A stretch of 64,000 nucleotides of DNA, taken from an uncultured Candidatus Saccharibacteria bacterium (GTDB taxonomy: Bacteria > Patescibacteriota > Minisyncoccia > JAHISW01 > Tagabacteraceae). The translations under genes and the position numbers were made by a program. The DNA is taken from assembly GCA_964601305.1 (NCBI GenBank), contig CAZRMW010000002.1:3439-67438 (forward strand), given 5' to 3'. Positions 27,953 to 36,794 of the stretch are shown here, in pieces. The notes under the pieces are model-generated. The model had not been told where the DNA came from. It searched no databases and was given only the letters and a program-made list of their open reading frames with translations. Within the stretch, counting starts at the first letter, position 1, and every line of letters begins with the position of its first letter.

Positions 27953-28004
27953 ATCGAAAAGCCTTATGTACTATGCCAAGCGCGGCAAACATAAGGCTTT
28001 TTTA
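27953..28004. repeat. ~50-nt terminator-containing repeat, copy 1 (ATCGAAAAGCCTTATGTACTATGCCAAGCGCGGCAA...AGGCTTTTT)
   Basis: Second copy at 29124-29175, about 90% identical; hairpin plus T-run. Confidence 0.65.
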
Positions 28005-28073
28005 TTTGACTTTTTAGGGTCATTTTGCTTGAATGGTACTAAATTTGAAAATTTAAGAAGGAGATTGAAAAAT

Positions 28074-28328
28074 ATGGACGCAAATAATCCAGCTCTTAAG
28101 TCAGGTCCTTATGGGCAATGTCCTAAATGTCCCTGGACAGATTTAGAATTATCTGGTTATGAAAAAAAATCTTTAAGATGCCCAGTATGCAAAGAAAGGT
28201 TTGAGGCACATTGGGAAAAAATAGAAAAAGAAGAAGAGGGTGCAGAAGAAGCTGCTTGGGAGAAATGGATGTGGGCGAACAAGCCCTGGCTTCATAAATT
28301 AAAAAATCCCAAAAAGAAAAAACCTTAA
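28074..28328 (+). CDS. small zinc-ribbon protein, paralog 2
   Basis: 84 aa with GPYGQCPKCPWTDLELSGYEKKSLRCPVCKERFEA, parallel to paralog 1; SD GAAGGAG. The ORF-track start at 27966 runs through the terminator repeat and is spurious. Confidence 0.55.
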   Translation: MDANNPALKSGPYGQCPKCPWTDLELSGYEKKSLRCPVCKERFEAHWEKIEKEEEGAEEAAWEKWMWANKPWLHKLKNPKKKKP

Positions 28329-28348
28329 TAAAAAAGGGAGAAAATAAT

Positions 28349-28573
28349 ATGAATGAAAAAACAGAAATTGATGTTAGTGATTTGAAAGAATTTGTTCAGC
28401 TTACTTATGGTGGAATTAATAGTTTCAAAGACAGTTTAGCTTATTGGAAGCATCATCTGGAATACATAGACGATTCTGATAGTGTGCATAACAAAGAAGA
28501 GGTGGTAACAAGGATTAAAGAGATTGAGTTTTCAATAGAAAAAGCAGAAAATCTAATTAAAAAATATTCTTAA
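28349..28573 (+). CDS. hypothetical small protein
   Basis: 74 aa; SD AAGGGAG; own composite terminator (28596-28642) containing CCCCGCCGAGCGGGG. Confidence 0.45.
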   Translation: MNEKTEIDVSDLKEFVQLTYGGINSFKDSLAYWKHHLEYIDDSDSVHNKEEVVTRIKEIEFSIEKAENLIKKYS

Positions 28574-28715
28574 TTCGTTTTCGGGCGATATTGTAGAGCC
28601 TCATAAACCCCGCCGAGCGGGGTAAATATGAGGCTTTTTTATTGACTTAGAAACACAGAATTGTTAGTTTGTAATAAGAAAAACCTTGAAATATAACCCA
28701 AAAAGGAGACAACCA

Positions 28716-29102
28716 ATGAAAGGAATGGAAGATTTGATTAAAGTCCAAGAACAAATATTAACAGCTCAAAAAATATTGATAAAGCAAAATATTGAGGCAC
28801 AGCAGGTTCGTTTGTGGTCTGAGTATGGTGAAGAATTAGAAAGAATTAAGCAGGATAAGGTGAAAGACATAGAAGAAGGTGGGCGTGTTGAACAAGTCTT
28901 AGTGTTTTTACTTAATCTTTTTTTGGAGGTTCACGATGCTCAAGAAAGTTTATCCATAAGCTCCAAAGAAGAAAGAAAGTTTTTTGAAAGAAACTTTGCT
29001 CTTTGGATGAATCTACCAGCGATGAAAAAAATGTGGAAAAGAGTAAGACTCTGGAAGCATAAAGAGCATGTAAAATTTGTAGACAGTTTAATTAAAAAAT
29101 AA
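28716..29102 (+). CDS. hypothetical helical protein
   Basis: 129 aa from the ATG that follows SD AAAAGGAGAC; followed by repeat copy 2. Confidence 0.45.
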   Translation: MKGMEDLIKVQEQILTAQKILIKQNIEAQQVRLWSEYGEELERIKQDKVKDIEEGGRVEQVLVFLLNLFLEVHDAQESLSISSKEERKFFERNFALWMNLPAMKKMWKRVRLWKHKEHVKFVDSLIKK

Positions 29103-29123
29103 ATCAATTTACCTTAGGGTGAA

Positions 29124-29175
29124 ATCGAAAAGCCTTATGTACTATGCCAAGCGCGGCAAGTATGAGGCTTTTTAT
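29124..29175. repeat. ~50-nt terminator-containing repeat, copy 2
   Basis: See copy 1; its 3' half resembles the terminator at 28596-28642. Confidence 0.65.
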
Positions 29176-30701
29176 TTTTCTTTTGGCCTGTATTGCAATG
29201 CCTCGAAAATGTGTTTTTCTAAAATATCTTTGTTTTCATCAAGGTCCGCAATTGTGCGGGCTAATTTTATTACTCTATGGTACGCACGCGCCGAGAGATC
29301 GAGCTGTTTGGCAGCTTGGTCTAACGTTTCACGTACAGTATTTGAAATGTTTACAAATTTTTTAAGCTCGCGCACCCCCATTTCGCTATTTGTTATTGTT
29401 GATGTATCAGAAAATCTTTTCTTCTGAATTTCTCTGGCTTTTATAATTCTTTTTCTAACTTCACTTGAAGACTCGGAAACAATTTTGTCGTTTGAAAGTT
29501 TTTCAATTTCTATTTGAGGAACTTCTAACCACAGATCTACTCTATCTATAATTGGTCCAGAAATTTTTCTTTGATATCTTAAAAGTTCACCCTGTGAACA
29601 AATACAATCTTTTACAGTTGAAGTTAGGTTGCCGCAGGGGCATGGGTTCATAGCACAAAGTAAAATAAATCTTGCTGGAAACTTTAAACTACCACGAGCC
29701 CTGGAAATTGTTACTACACCGTCTTCTAATGGTTGACGCATAGCTTCGATGACCCTTTTTTCAAAGAGAGGGAATTCATCAAGAAAAAGAACTCCACGAT
29801 GACTTAGACTTATTTCCCCTGGTTTTGGCCATGTGCCACCACCAACAAGGGCAACATAAGAAGATGTGTGGTGTGGTGTCCGTAGGGGTCGATCTGCGCA
29901 ATATGGCCCGTCTAATGCGCCAGCTATACTGTGAATTGTTGTAATTTCTAAGGCCTCATCGAAAGATGGGGGAGGTAAAATAGCAGAAAACGCTTTTGCA
30001 AGCATTGTTTTTCCTGTGCCTGGAGGACCAGACATTGCTATATTGTGTCCGCCGGCTGCTGCTATCTCTAAACCTCTTTTGGCCGTTTCTTGACCTTTTA
30101 TGTCTGAAAAATCTAAGAGCCCACCCAGAAAATCTTCTGGTTTCATTTTTGTAGGAGATTGTTTTTCTAAAACCTCATCTTCATGGAGGTGTAAAATTAA
30201 ATCTTTTAGGCTGTTTATTCCATAAACATCAATATCTTTTATGAGGGCAGCTTCTTTGGCGTTTTCTTTTGGTAGATAAATTTCTTTAAAGCCTTTTTCT
30301 TTGGCAACTCTTGCAAGACTTAAAACTCCTTTTATTGGTCTAAGTGTACCATCAAGCCCGAGTTCTCCGAGAAAAATTTTTCCTTCAGTAGAAAAATGTA
30401 TTTGATCAGATGCTAAAAGAAAAGAAAGCGCTATAGCTAAATCAAAAACCGGTCCTTCTTTTTTAAGATCGGCCGGGGCTAGAGATATAGTTACTCGATA
30501 GTTTCCTTTTTGTGGTGAATCAAATCCATTGTTTTTTATAGCTGCAGAAACCCTGTCTTTTGCTTCGTCTACTGCCTTATCGGCGAGGCCTACAATAGAA
30601 AAACGATGAAGACCTTTTGTAAGGTCTATTTCTACATCAATGATTTTTCCATCTAACCCAAATGTTTGAGCAGAGTATATCTTTTTTGCCATTAGAGACA
30701 A
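29172..30701 (-). CDS. comM: YifB/ComM-family Mg-chelatase-like AAA+ ATPase
   Basis: N-terminal Lon-like domain, AAA+ core (Walker A GPPGTGKTMLAK, Walker B VLFLDEF), and the C-terminal ChlI-like region. Confidence 0.85.
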   Translation of the reverse strand: MSLMAKKIYSAQTFGLDGKIIDVEIDLTKGLHRFSIVGLADKAVDEAKDRVSAAIKNNGFDSPQKGNYRVTISLAPADLKKEGPVFDLAIALSFLLASDQIHFSTEGKIFLGELGLDGTLRPIKGVLSLARVAKEKGFKEIYLPKENAKEAALIKDIDVYGINSLKDLILHLHEDEVLEKQSPTKMKPEDFLGGLLDFSDIKGQETAKRGLEIAAAGGHNIAMSGPPGTGKTMLAKAFSAILPPPSFDEALEITTIHSIAGALDGPYCADRPLRTPHHTSSYVALVGGGTWPKPGEISLSHRGVLFLDEFPLFEKRVIEAMRQPLEDGVVTISRARGSLKFPARFILLCAMNPCPCGNLTSTVKDCICSQGELLRYQRKISGPIIDRVDLWLEVPQIEIEKLSNDKIVSESSSEVRKRIIKAREIQKKRFSDTSTITNSEMGVRELKKFVNISNTVRETLDQAAKQLDLSARAYHRVIKLARTIADLDENKDILEKHIFEALQYRPKEK

Positions 30702-30721
30702 TCTAGCACTCTAAGCGTGTT

Positions 30722-30976
30722 TTATGCAAGCCTTGTCTCTAAACTTGATATTCGTGTTTCTAGTCTATTTAAGTGCTCTCTCATTATGGTAAATTCTTGT
30801 TCTTGTTTTGTGTATAATTCTACAAATTTATCTATGCTAGAGCTAAGTCCTCTAATTTCAGTTTTAAATTCTTTTTTTGTCTCTTCTAGTCTTTTTTCAA
30901 CAGCATCAAGAATAACCACAGTTTGTTGCGAAAGTAATTTTTCCATTTTTTCAGATGTTATGTTTTCTTCTTTCAT
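30722..30976 (-). CDS. hypothetical coiled-coil protein
   Basis: 84 aa; heptad-rich. Confidence 0.4.
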   Translation of the reverse strand: MKEENITSEKMEKLLSQQTVVILDAVEKRLEETKKEFKTEIRGLSSSIDKFVELYTKQEQEFTIMREHLNRLETRISSLETRLA

Positions 30977-30986
30977 TTTTGTGTAT

Positions 30987-31340
30987 TTATTGTTTGTGTT
31001 TTATGCAAGTGGTGGCTGTGGGATCAGCTTCTAGTCTTTTTTCTTCAATTTTACAGCCCTCAGTACACATACCATAAGAATTATCTTCAATTCTTTTTAA
31101 GGCGTCTTTTACTTTGTTTAATCTTTCTTCTGTTTCTCTTTCCCTAGCTTCTTTGTTTTGAGATTCCTCAAAAACATCAGCCATTTCGCTTTGGTCTGTT
31201 GTCATTACATTTAAATCGTCTGGGGTTGTTTTCCAGTCATCTGGATTTTCTGGATCTGGTTTTGCAATACCTGAAAGTATTTTTTCTAGTTGCTCTTTTT
31301 CTTCTTCTAATTTTTGTTTAAAGTGTTTTGTGTTTATCAT
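30987..31340 (-). CDS. DksA/TraR-family C4-type zinc-finger protein (YteA-like)
   Basis: C-terminal YGMCTEGCKIEEKRLEADPTATTCIKH, matching the RLEAxPxATTC signature of the TraR/DksA family. Confidence 0.65.
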   Translation of the reverse strand: MINTKHFKQKLEEEKEQLEKILSGIAKPDPENPDDWKTTPDDLNVMTTDQSEMADVFEESQNKEARERETEERLNKVKDALKRIEDNSYGMCTEGCKIEEKRLEADPTATTCIKHKQ

Positions 31341-31346
31341 AATGAT

Positions 31347-32204
31347 TTAATTATATCCGAAAAGTGTAAATTGTCGAACAATTTCTTCAAAAGTTTTTGT
31401 GTCTTCAGTAATAATCAAAAACTTTTTATTAAAAAATGAATAAAGAAGAACGGTACCCTCTGCATTTTCTAAAATTCTCACATTCTGATTTTTTATTATT
31501 TTGTCTTTGAAGGCTAGAACCTCGTCTTTAGAAACTTTTTTGTTTGAAAGAAATCCAATGTCTTCAAAAATATTTTTTTCCCATTTTAAAATTCCAGAAA
31601 ATGCATTATCAAACTCACCGTCTTTTATTTTAAAAATTAAAGCAGGATGATTTTCTTGAAGAACCCAAAGCCCTAAGAAAAATTCATTTTCTAAAAATGT
31701 TGTTAGAAAAACAGGGACATTTGCTTCTAGTTCTCTTAAAAAATCTTTTGATGTTAAATATTTATCTGTTGAAAAGTCTAAAATAGGGAAATAAACTAAA
31801 TCTCCAGGAGTGAATTTTTTTTGAAAAACGTTAGTTAGTTGAGTTTTTAGGTTTTCATCCTCTCTTGTTTTTATAAGATTTTCATCTTGGCTTGCGATAA
31901 TTGGCGTCGGCACTGTCTCTATGGTTATTTTTGTTTCTTTTTCTTCTTTTCCTAAAAATAAAAATACTCCTAAAAACAAAACTGTTGTTAACAGAACACC
32001 TACAGAAATTAAGAATTTTTTATTTAGAAAAAAAGAACTTTTTATAGACTCTATTTTTTGCGTGGCCTGCTGTTTTTTATACAAGTCAGCGAGAGACGTT
32101 TTTCCTTTCTTTGCAGCTTCAGAGGCATCTGTTTTGAGTGTGCGAAGAGTATGAAGAGAACTTGTCTCCTTTTTTTCTTTGTTGTCTTGTGGATTTTGAT
32201 CCAT
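31347..32204 (-). CDS. membrane-anchored hypothetical protein
   Basis: 285 aa with a single TM (ISVGVLLTTVLFLGVFLFLG). Confidence 0.45.
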   Translation of the reverse strand: MDQNPQDNKEKKETSSLHTLRTLKTDASEAAKKGKTSLADLYKKQQATQKIESIKSSFFLNKKFLISVGVLLTTVLFLGVFLFLGKEEKETKITIETVPTPIIASQDENLIKTREDENLKTQLTNVFQKKFTPGDLVYFPILDFSTDKYLTSKDFLRELEANVPVFLTTFLENEFFLGLWVLQENHPALIFKIKDGEFDNAFSGILKWEKNIFEDIGFLSNKKVSKDEVLAFKDKIIKNQNVRILENAEGTVLLYSFFNKKFLIITEDTKTFEEIVRQFTLFGYN

Positions 32205-32217
32205 ATCGTTTTAAAAA

Positions 32218-34380
32218 TTAATTTTTATAACGAGGAATGTTTGGTTTTGTTGGGTGTTTTGGTTTTCCAAAGAAGTTTGGATCGGCTAACTTTACAGATA
32301 AACTTATTTTACCATTTATTTTGTCTACTTCTTTTATCTTTACAGGAATTGTGCCACCTTCTTTTACTAAATCAGTTACATTTTCAACTCTAAATGGGGC
32401 AAGTTCAGAAATATGCACTAATCCTTCTATTCCAGGCTTTATTTCTGTAAAAGCTCCAAAGTCCATAATTTTTACAATACGTCCAGTAAACATTTCGCCT
32501 ACTTTTGGTTCGTATGTTACATCTTCAACCATGGTTTTAGCTTTTTCTAAACCTTCCTTACTGTCTCCGGTAATAAATACTTGCCCTTCTTCGTCGATAT
32601 CTATTTGTACACCAGTTTCATCAATAATTTTGTTGATAGTCTTTCCTCCTGGGCCGATTAGCGCACCTTTCTTTTCTGGGTTTATAGTAAGGATTAATAT
32701 TTGCGGTGCATATTGAGAGGTTTCTTTTCTCGGTTCTGGTAGTGTTGTGAGAATATTTTCTAAAATTTCTTCTCTTGCTTTCTTACCTTGAGTTAATAAA
32801 TCTCCAAGCATCTTTGTAGTAAGACCCTTCACTTTTACATCCATTTGCAAAGCTGTAATTCCGTTTTTTGTACCAGCTGTTTTAAAGTCTGCATCTCCGT
32901 GGTGGTCTTCTGGTCCTTGAATATCGGTAAGTACTTTGTAAGAGTTGTCGTCTTTTACCATTATACCCATAGCGATTCCTGAAACAGGGGCTTTTATAGG
33001 TACTCCAGCATCCATAAGTGCTAATGTGGAGCCACAAACAGATCCCATTGACGATGATCCATTTGAAGACATTGTTTCAGAAACGACCCTAATTGTATAA
33101 GGGAAATCCTCTTTGTTTGGAATAACTGGCCTTAGAGCTTTTTCTGCAAGTGCGCCGTGTCCGATAGCTCGTCTATTAAATCCACCCAATCTTCCAGTTT
33201 CTCCTACAGAGAAAGGAGGAAAATTATAATGATGCATAAAACTTTTCTTTTCTCTTACTTCCATACCTTCGATTATTAGAAAATCACTAGGAGCTCCAAG
33301 TGTAGCTACAGAAAGCATGTGTGTTAGGCCTCTGTAAAAAACACCTGTTCCGTGTGTGCGGGGAAGTACCCCTGCTTTGGTAGATAATTGTCTTATTTCA
33401 TCTAATTTTCTTCCATCTGGTCTTACATCGTTTTCTAAAACATTTTTATGGATAGTATCGTCTATCATTTTTTCAAAATAATCACTCACCTGGTTTTCGT
33501 AAAATTCACCAAGGTTGTTTTCTGCTAGTTCTTCCCACTCTTTTTCAAGTTTTCCTAAAACAAAGTAATGCTCCTTTCTTTCTTCCTGGCTTACCACTGG
33601 TTCTGTAAGTGCTTTTTCAAGCCTCTCTTGAATATTTTTTTTGAAAAGTTCTTCCATTCCCTCTGGGTTTTCCTTTAGTTCTGGCCAAACTTTTTCTTTT
33701 CCAATTTCTTTTATTATTTTATTTTGAAAATCTGTAATTTTTTCCATCTCTGGCATTGCTACTTCTAAAGCCTTGAGTATATCTTCTTCTGGAACTTGGT
33801 TTGCACCACCTTCTATCATATTTACTTTCCCTTCTCTCCCACAAACAGCCAAATTTATGTCAGATTTTTCTTTATCTTCGTATGTTGGGTTTACAACAAA
33901 CTTTCCGTCTATTCGGCCTATTCTTACTGCTCCAATTGGGCCATCCCATGGAATATCTGAAGTAGACAAAGCCAAAGAAGCAGCAATAATTGCTGGTATG
34001 TCTGGATCGTTCTCTTCGTCTAACGAAAGAGGAGTAACGACAATTTGAATGTCGTTTCTGATTCTTTTATCAAAAAGAGGACGAAGTGTTCTGTCTATCA
34101 TTCGGCTGTTTAAGATAGCCTCGTCAGATGGCCTTCCTTCTCTTTTCATAAAGCGACCACCTAAAATTTTACCTGCAGCATAAAATTTCTCTTCGTAATC
34201 TACTGTAAGAGGGAAGTAGCTTATACCTTCTCTTAACCCCTCAGACATTACAGCCGTGGCCATTATGGTAGTTTCTCCATATTTTACGGTGACTGATCCG
34301 TTTGCCTGTTCTGTGAGGTCTGAAAATTCAGCAACAAGTGGTCGTCCACTAAAATCGAGTTCGTATTTTTTTGTTTTCAT
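32218..34380 (-). CDS. pnp: polynucleotide phosphorylase
   Basis: Two RNase PH domains plus C-terminal KH and S1 domains; lies downstream of rpsO. Confidence 0.9.
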   Translation of the reverse strand: MKTKKYELDFSGRPLVAEFSDLTEQANGSVTVKYGETTIMATAVMSEGLREGISYFPLTVDYEEKFYAAGKILGGRFMKREGRPSDEAILNSRMIDRTLRPLFDKRIRNDIQIVVTPLSLDEENDPDIPAIIAASLALSTSDIPWDGPIGAVRIGRIDGKFVVNPTYEDKEKSDINLAVCGREGKVNMIEGGANQVPEEDILKALEVAMPEMEKITDFQNKIIKEIGKEKVWPELKENPEGMEELFKKNIQERLEKALTEPVVSQEERKEHYFVLGKLEKEWEELAENNLGEFYENQVSDYFEKMIDDTIHKNVLENDVRPDGRKLDEIRQLSTKAGVLPRTHGTGVFYRGLTHMLSVATLGAPSDFLIIEGMEVREKKSFMHHYNFPPFSVGETGRLGGFNRRAIGHGALAEKALRPVIPNKEDFPYTIRVVSETMSSNGSSSMGSVCGSTLALMDAGVPIKAPVSGIAMGIMVKDDNSYKVLTDIQGPEDHHGDADFKTAGTKNGITALQMDVKVKGLTTKMLGDLLTQGKKAREEILENILTTLPEPRKETSQYAPQILILTINPEKKGALIGPGGKTINKIIDETGVQIDIDEEGQVFITGDSKEGLEKAKTMVEDVTYEPKVGEMFTGRIVKIMDFGAFTEIKPGIEGLVHISELAPFRVENVTDLVKEGGTIPVKIKEVDKINGKISLSVKLADPNFFGKPKHPTKPNIPRYKN

Positions 34381-34403
34381 AATAATGTTGTGCGACAGAT
34401 ATT

Positions 34404-34461
34404 ATTACGAATTCATGCGAATGACACTAATATAAATTGGTATAATTCGTATGCATTCGTA
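34404..34461 (-). promoter_or_regulatory. pnp 5'-leader imperfect inverted repeat (TTACGAATTCATGCGAAT / ATTCGTATGCATTCGTAA)
   Basis: 16 of 18 positions complementary, arms at 34404-34421 and 34444-34461 with a 22-nt loop, immediately upstream of the pnp start. Confidence 0.4.
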
Positions 34462-34513
34462 ATTTTTATGTCACTATTAATTTTTAATTTTAACAACTAA
34501 TAATTTTATTGGG

Positions 34514-35017
34514 TTATATTAAGTATTTTTTTTGGCTTTCACCTAAGTCTGTAAAATCGTCTGCACTTTCTTTTAATTTTGCAGAAGTAGATTTTTCAAA
34601 AGATATTATTTCTGTTTGGATGCCCTTGTTTGATTTTAAATATTCAACCAAAGGTACAAAATCTCCATCGCCAGTAACCAAAACCACAGCATCCATTTGG
34701 CTAGACAGCTTAATAGCATCTACTGTAATACCTACATCCCAATCGGCTTTTTTCATTCCACCATGAAATATTTGTAAATCTTTTACTTTTAGCTCTATCC
34801 CTATTTTTTCTAAAGCTTCAAAAAAAGATTTTTCTTCACCGCCTTCTGTTCGTATTACATATCCAATGGCTCGGATAAGTTGTCTATTACCAACTGCTGT
34901 TTTTAATACTTCTTTAAAATTAACCCTTTTTTTATAAAGGGCTTTGGCAGAGTGATACATGTTTTGAACATCTATCAGCACAGCAACTCGCTGATTTTTG
35001 TGTTTTGCTAATGGCAT
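34514..35017 (-). CDS. NYN/LabA-like (PIN-fold) domain protein
   Basis: VAVLIDVQNMY...VLVTGDGDF pattern typical of NYN/LabA nucleases; inserted between rpsO and pnp. Confidence 0.55.
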   Translation of the reverse strand: MPLAKHKNQRVAVLIDVQNMYHSAKALYKKRVNFKEVLKTAVGNRQLIRAIGYVIRTEGGEEKSFFEALEKIGIELKVKDLQIFHGGMKKADWDVGITVDAIKLSSQMDAVVLVTGDGDFVPLVEYLKSNKGIQTEIISFEKSTSAKLKESADDFTDLGESQKKYLI

Positions 35018-35036
35018 TTTTATAAAAGTTCAGAAA

Positions 35037-35366
35037 TTATTTAGAAACCTTTTTACTTGCCCCGCTCGGCGGGGTTTTTTTATCTGCAAGAGAACGGTTT
35101 CTTTTTAGTCCAAGTTTTTTGCTTATAGCTAAATAACTCTCTTCATTCTTTTTCTTTAAATAATCCATCAGTTTTTTCCTTTTTGAAACCATTTTAAGAA
35201 GGCCTCTCCTTGAATGATTGTCTTTTGGTTGGCTTTTTAAGTGACTAGTAAGCTCTTTTATTTGCTCTGTAAGCACAGCAACTTGCACCTCTGAAGAACC
35301 AGTATCTTTTTCATTAATACCGTATTTCTTGATGATTTTTTGTTTTTCTTGTGTTTTCATCGCCAT
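35037..35366 (-). CDS. rpsO: 30S ribosomal protein S15 with a C-terminal extension
   Basis: [52 protein letters not shown] matches S15. A 20-aa tail (…[14 protein letters not shown]) is encoded through the palindrome CCCCGCCGAGCGGGG (35060-35074). Confidence 0.85.
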   Translation of the reverse strand: MAMKTQEKQKIIKKYGINEKDTGSSEVQVAVLTEQIKELTSHLKSQPKDNHSRRGLLKMVSKRKKLMDYLKKKNEESYLAISKKLGLKRNRSLADKKTPPSGASKKVSK

Positions 35367-35468
35367 TAATCAGTACTTTACTATACTTTAAGCCCTTTTG
35401 CAAGCCTACTTGATTGATGGTCGGGGAACAAGAAAAACCCCTGAAAGAGGGGTTTATTGAGGTAGAAG

Positions 35469-35864
35469 TTATTTTGGGGGAATAAAAGCTGTGAATTTTT
35501 TGCCACTTTTTTTGTATTTCATAGTGTCGATAGCATTAGTTATTGGAACTCCCAGATGAGTTCTTTTTCTCGGATATCTTTTTTGAACAAATGAATTAAA
35601 ATAGCCGTTATCGTCTATGACAATACCTTCCTGATTAAATACTATAATTCTGCAATTTCCGTGATTTTTCTTGCCACCATCTTGAATCAATATAGTAAAG
35701 GATTTGTTCTTACACCCAGTGAATTGTTTTAAAAGTTTATCTATTGTTTTGTCGAGAGGGTTTTTAAGATTGTTTCTGTTTTCTTTGTTCCACTCTTTCA
35801 TTTTTTCAAAAAACTGAATAATTTTTGGATGTAAACTTTCTCGCGTAGGCTTAAATGTTTTCAT
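35469..35864 (-). CDS. hypothetical protein
   Basis: Probable start is the internal Met (MKTFKPTRES…); the ORF track extends it to 35981. Confidence 0.4.
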   Translation of the reverse strand: MKTFKPTRESLHPKIIQFFEKMKEWNKENRNNLKNPLDKTIDKLLKQFTGCKNKSFTILIQDGGKKNHGNCRIIVFNQEGIVIDDNGYFNSFVQKRYPRKRTHLGVPITNAIDTMKYKKSGKKFTAFIPPK

Positions 35865-36029
35865 TTCTTCATTCCTTTCATTGTATCGTTTTTTATCTTC
35901 TTCTTCTTTTTTACCAATTTTAAAAATATAAAGCAACAAACAGCTTGAGAGTGGCGTGTAGTTGGTATGTATGGATACCAACGACCGTAGAACTTATACA
36001 TTTTTGTTTTTTGTGCTACTCTTAGAAAA

Positions 36030-36590
36030 ATGAAAAGAGAAACAACAATTATAGTGGGGAAAATAGTCTTAGCAACTGTTGCATCAGTTGGTCTTGTGAG
36101 TATGGCAGTATTGGCTCCAAATGCAGTTCAATGCTTGGAAATGTTTTGGGGCAAGGATAAAAGAAAATATAGTCCCAAATACCATGTTAATAAAACGATA
36201 TCTAAATTAAAACAACAAGGTTTAATAAAATTTGAAAATAAAAATGGTAAAAGTTTTGTACGACTCACCCAAAAAGGACAAGAGAGGTTGCTTAAATATC
36301 AACTCCAAGAACTAAAAATAAAAAAGACAAAAAAATGGGACAAAAAGTGGAGAGTAATTATTTTCGATATAAAAGAGAACAAAAGGTATATAAGAGATGG
36401 GTTAAGAATAGAATTAATTAGATTGGGTTTTGTGAGGCTTCAAAACAGTGTTTGGGTACACCCATATAAATGCGATGATGTAATAGCGATGTTTAAGGCG
36501 CATTTCAAAATTGGCAAAGATGTTTTATATATGACGGTTGAGAATATAGAAAACGATAAGTGGTTGAAGGAGGAGTTTGGATTAGTCTAA
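36030..36590 (+). CDS. winged-helix protein with PaaX-C/Cas2-like C-terminal domain
   Basis: N-terminal TM, a wHTH-like segment, then WRVIIFDIKENKRYIRDGLRIELIRLGFVRLQNSVWV (Cas2/PaaX_C-like beta-alpha pattern). The domain assignment is tentative. Confidence 0.35.
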   Translation: MKRETTIIVGKIVLATVASVGLVSMAVLAPNAVQCLEMFWGKDKRKYSPKYHVNKTISKLKQQGLIKFENKNGKSFVRLTQKGQERLLKYQLQELKIKKTKKWDKKWRVIIFDIKENKRYIRDGLRIELIRLGFVRLQNSVWVHPYKCDDVIAMFKAHFKIGKDVLYMTVENIENDKWLKEEFGLV

Positions 36591-36621
36591 CATTTCTCCT
36601 AATTTTTTAGTACTTTTGAGT

Positions 36622-36655
36622 GTGTATAAACCCTACGGTCGTAGGTTTTATACAC
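36622..36655. other. strong hairpin GTGTATAAACCCTACG / GTAGGTTTTATACAC
   Basis: 15 of 16 bp stem with a 3-nt loop and no U-run, just after the stop of ORF 36030-36590. Confidence 0.5.
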
Positions 36656-36711
36656 TATAACAATAATAGTATAATAATTAATAATTTGGGGATAACTGGC
36701 GAAAATAAAAA

Positions 36712-36745
36712 AACGTCCCCACCCCGGAGCAAGTGGGGTAGGGAC
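36712..36745 (-). terminator. intrinsic terminator on the minus strand (CCCCAC...GTGGGG followed by T7)
   Basis: On the minus strand the sequence reads CCCCACTTGCTCCGGGGTGGGGACGTTTTTTT; it terminates the small gene pair 36795-37240. Confidence 0.55.
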
Positions 36746-36794
36746 TTGGAGAGTTTGCGCCCGACGCAACAGCGGGAGCAACGCACTTTGTATT

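Noticed and set aside
27966-28073. N-terminal 36 codons of ORF 27966-28328 (MYYAKRGKHKAF…), and all of ORF 29119-29427 and ORF 29144-29365
   Set aside because: They are translations of the repeated terminator element (27953-28004 and 29124-29175) and of the antisense of comM. The real Zn-ribbon gene starts at 28074 behind a good SD.
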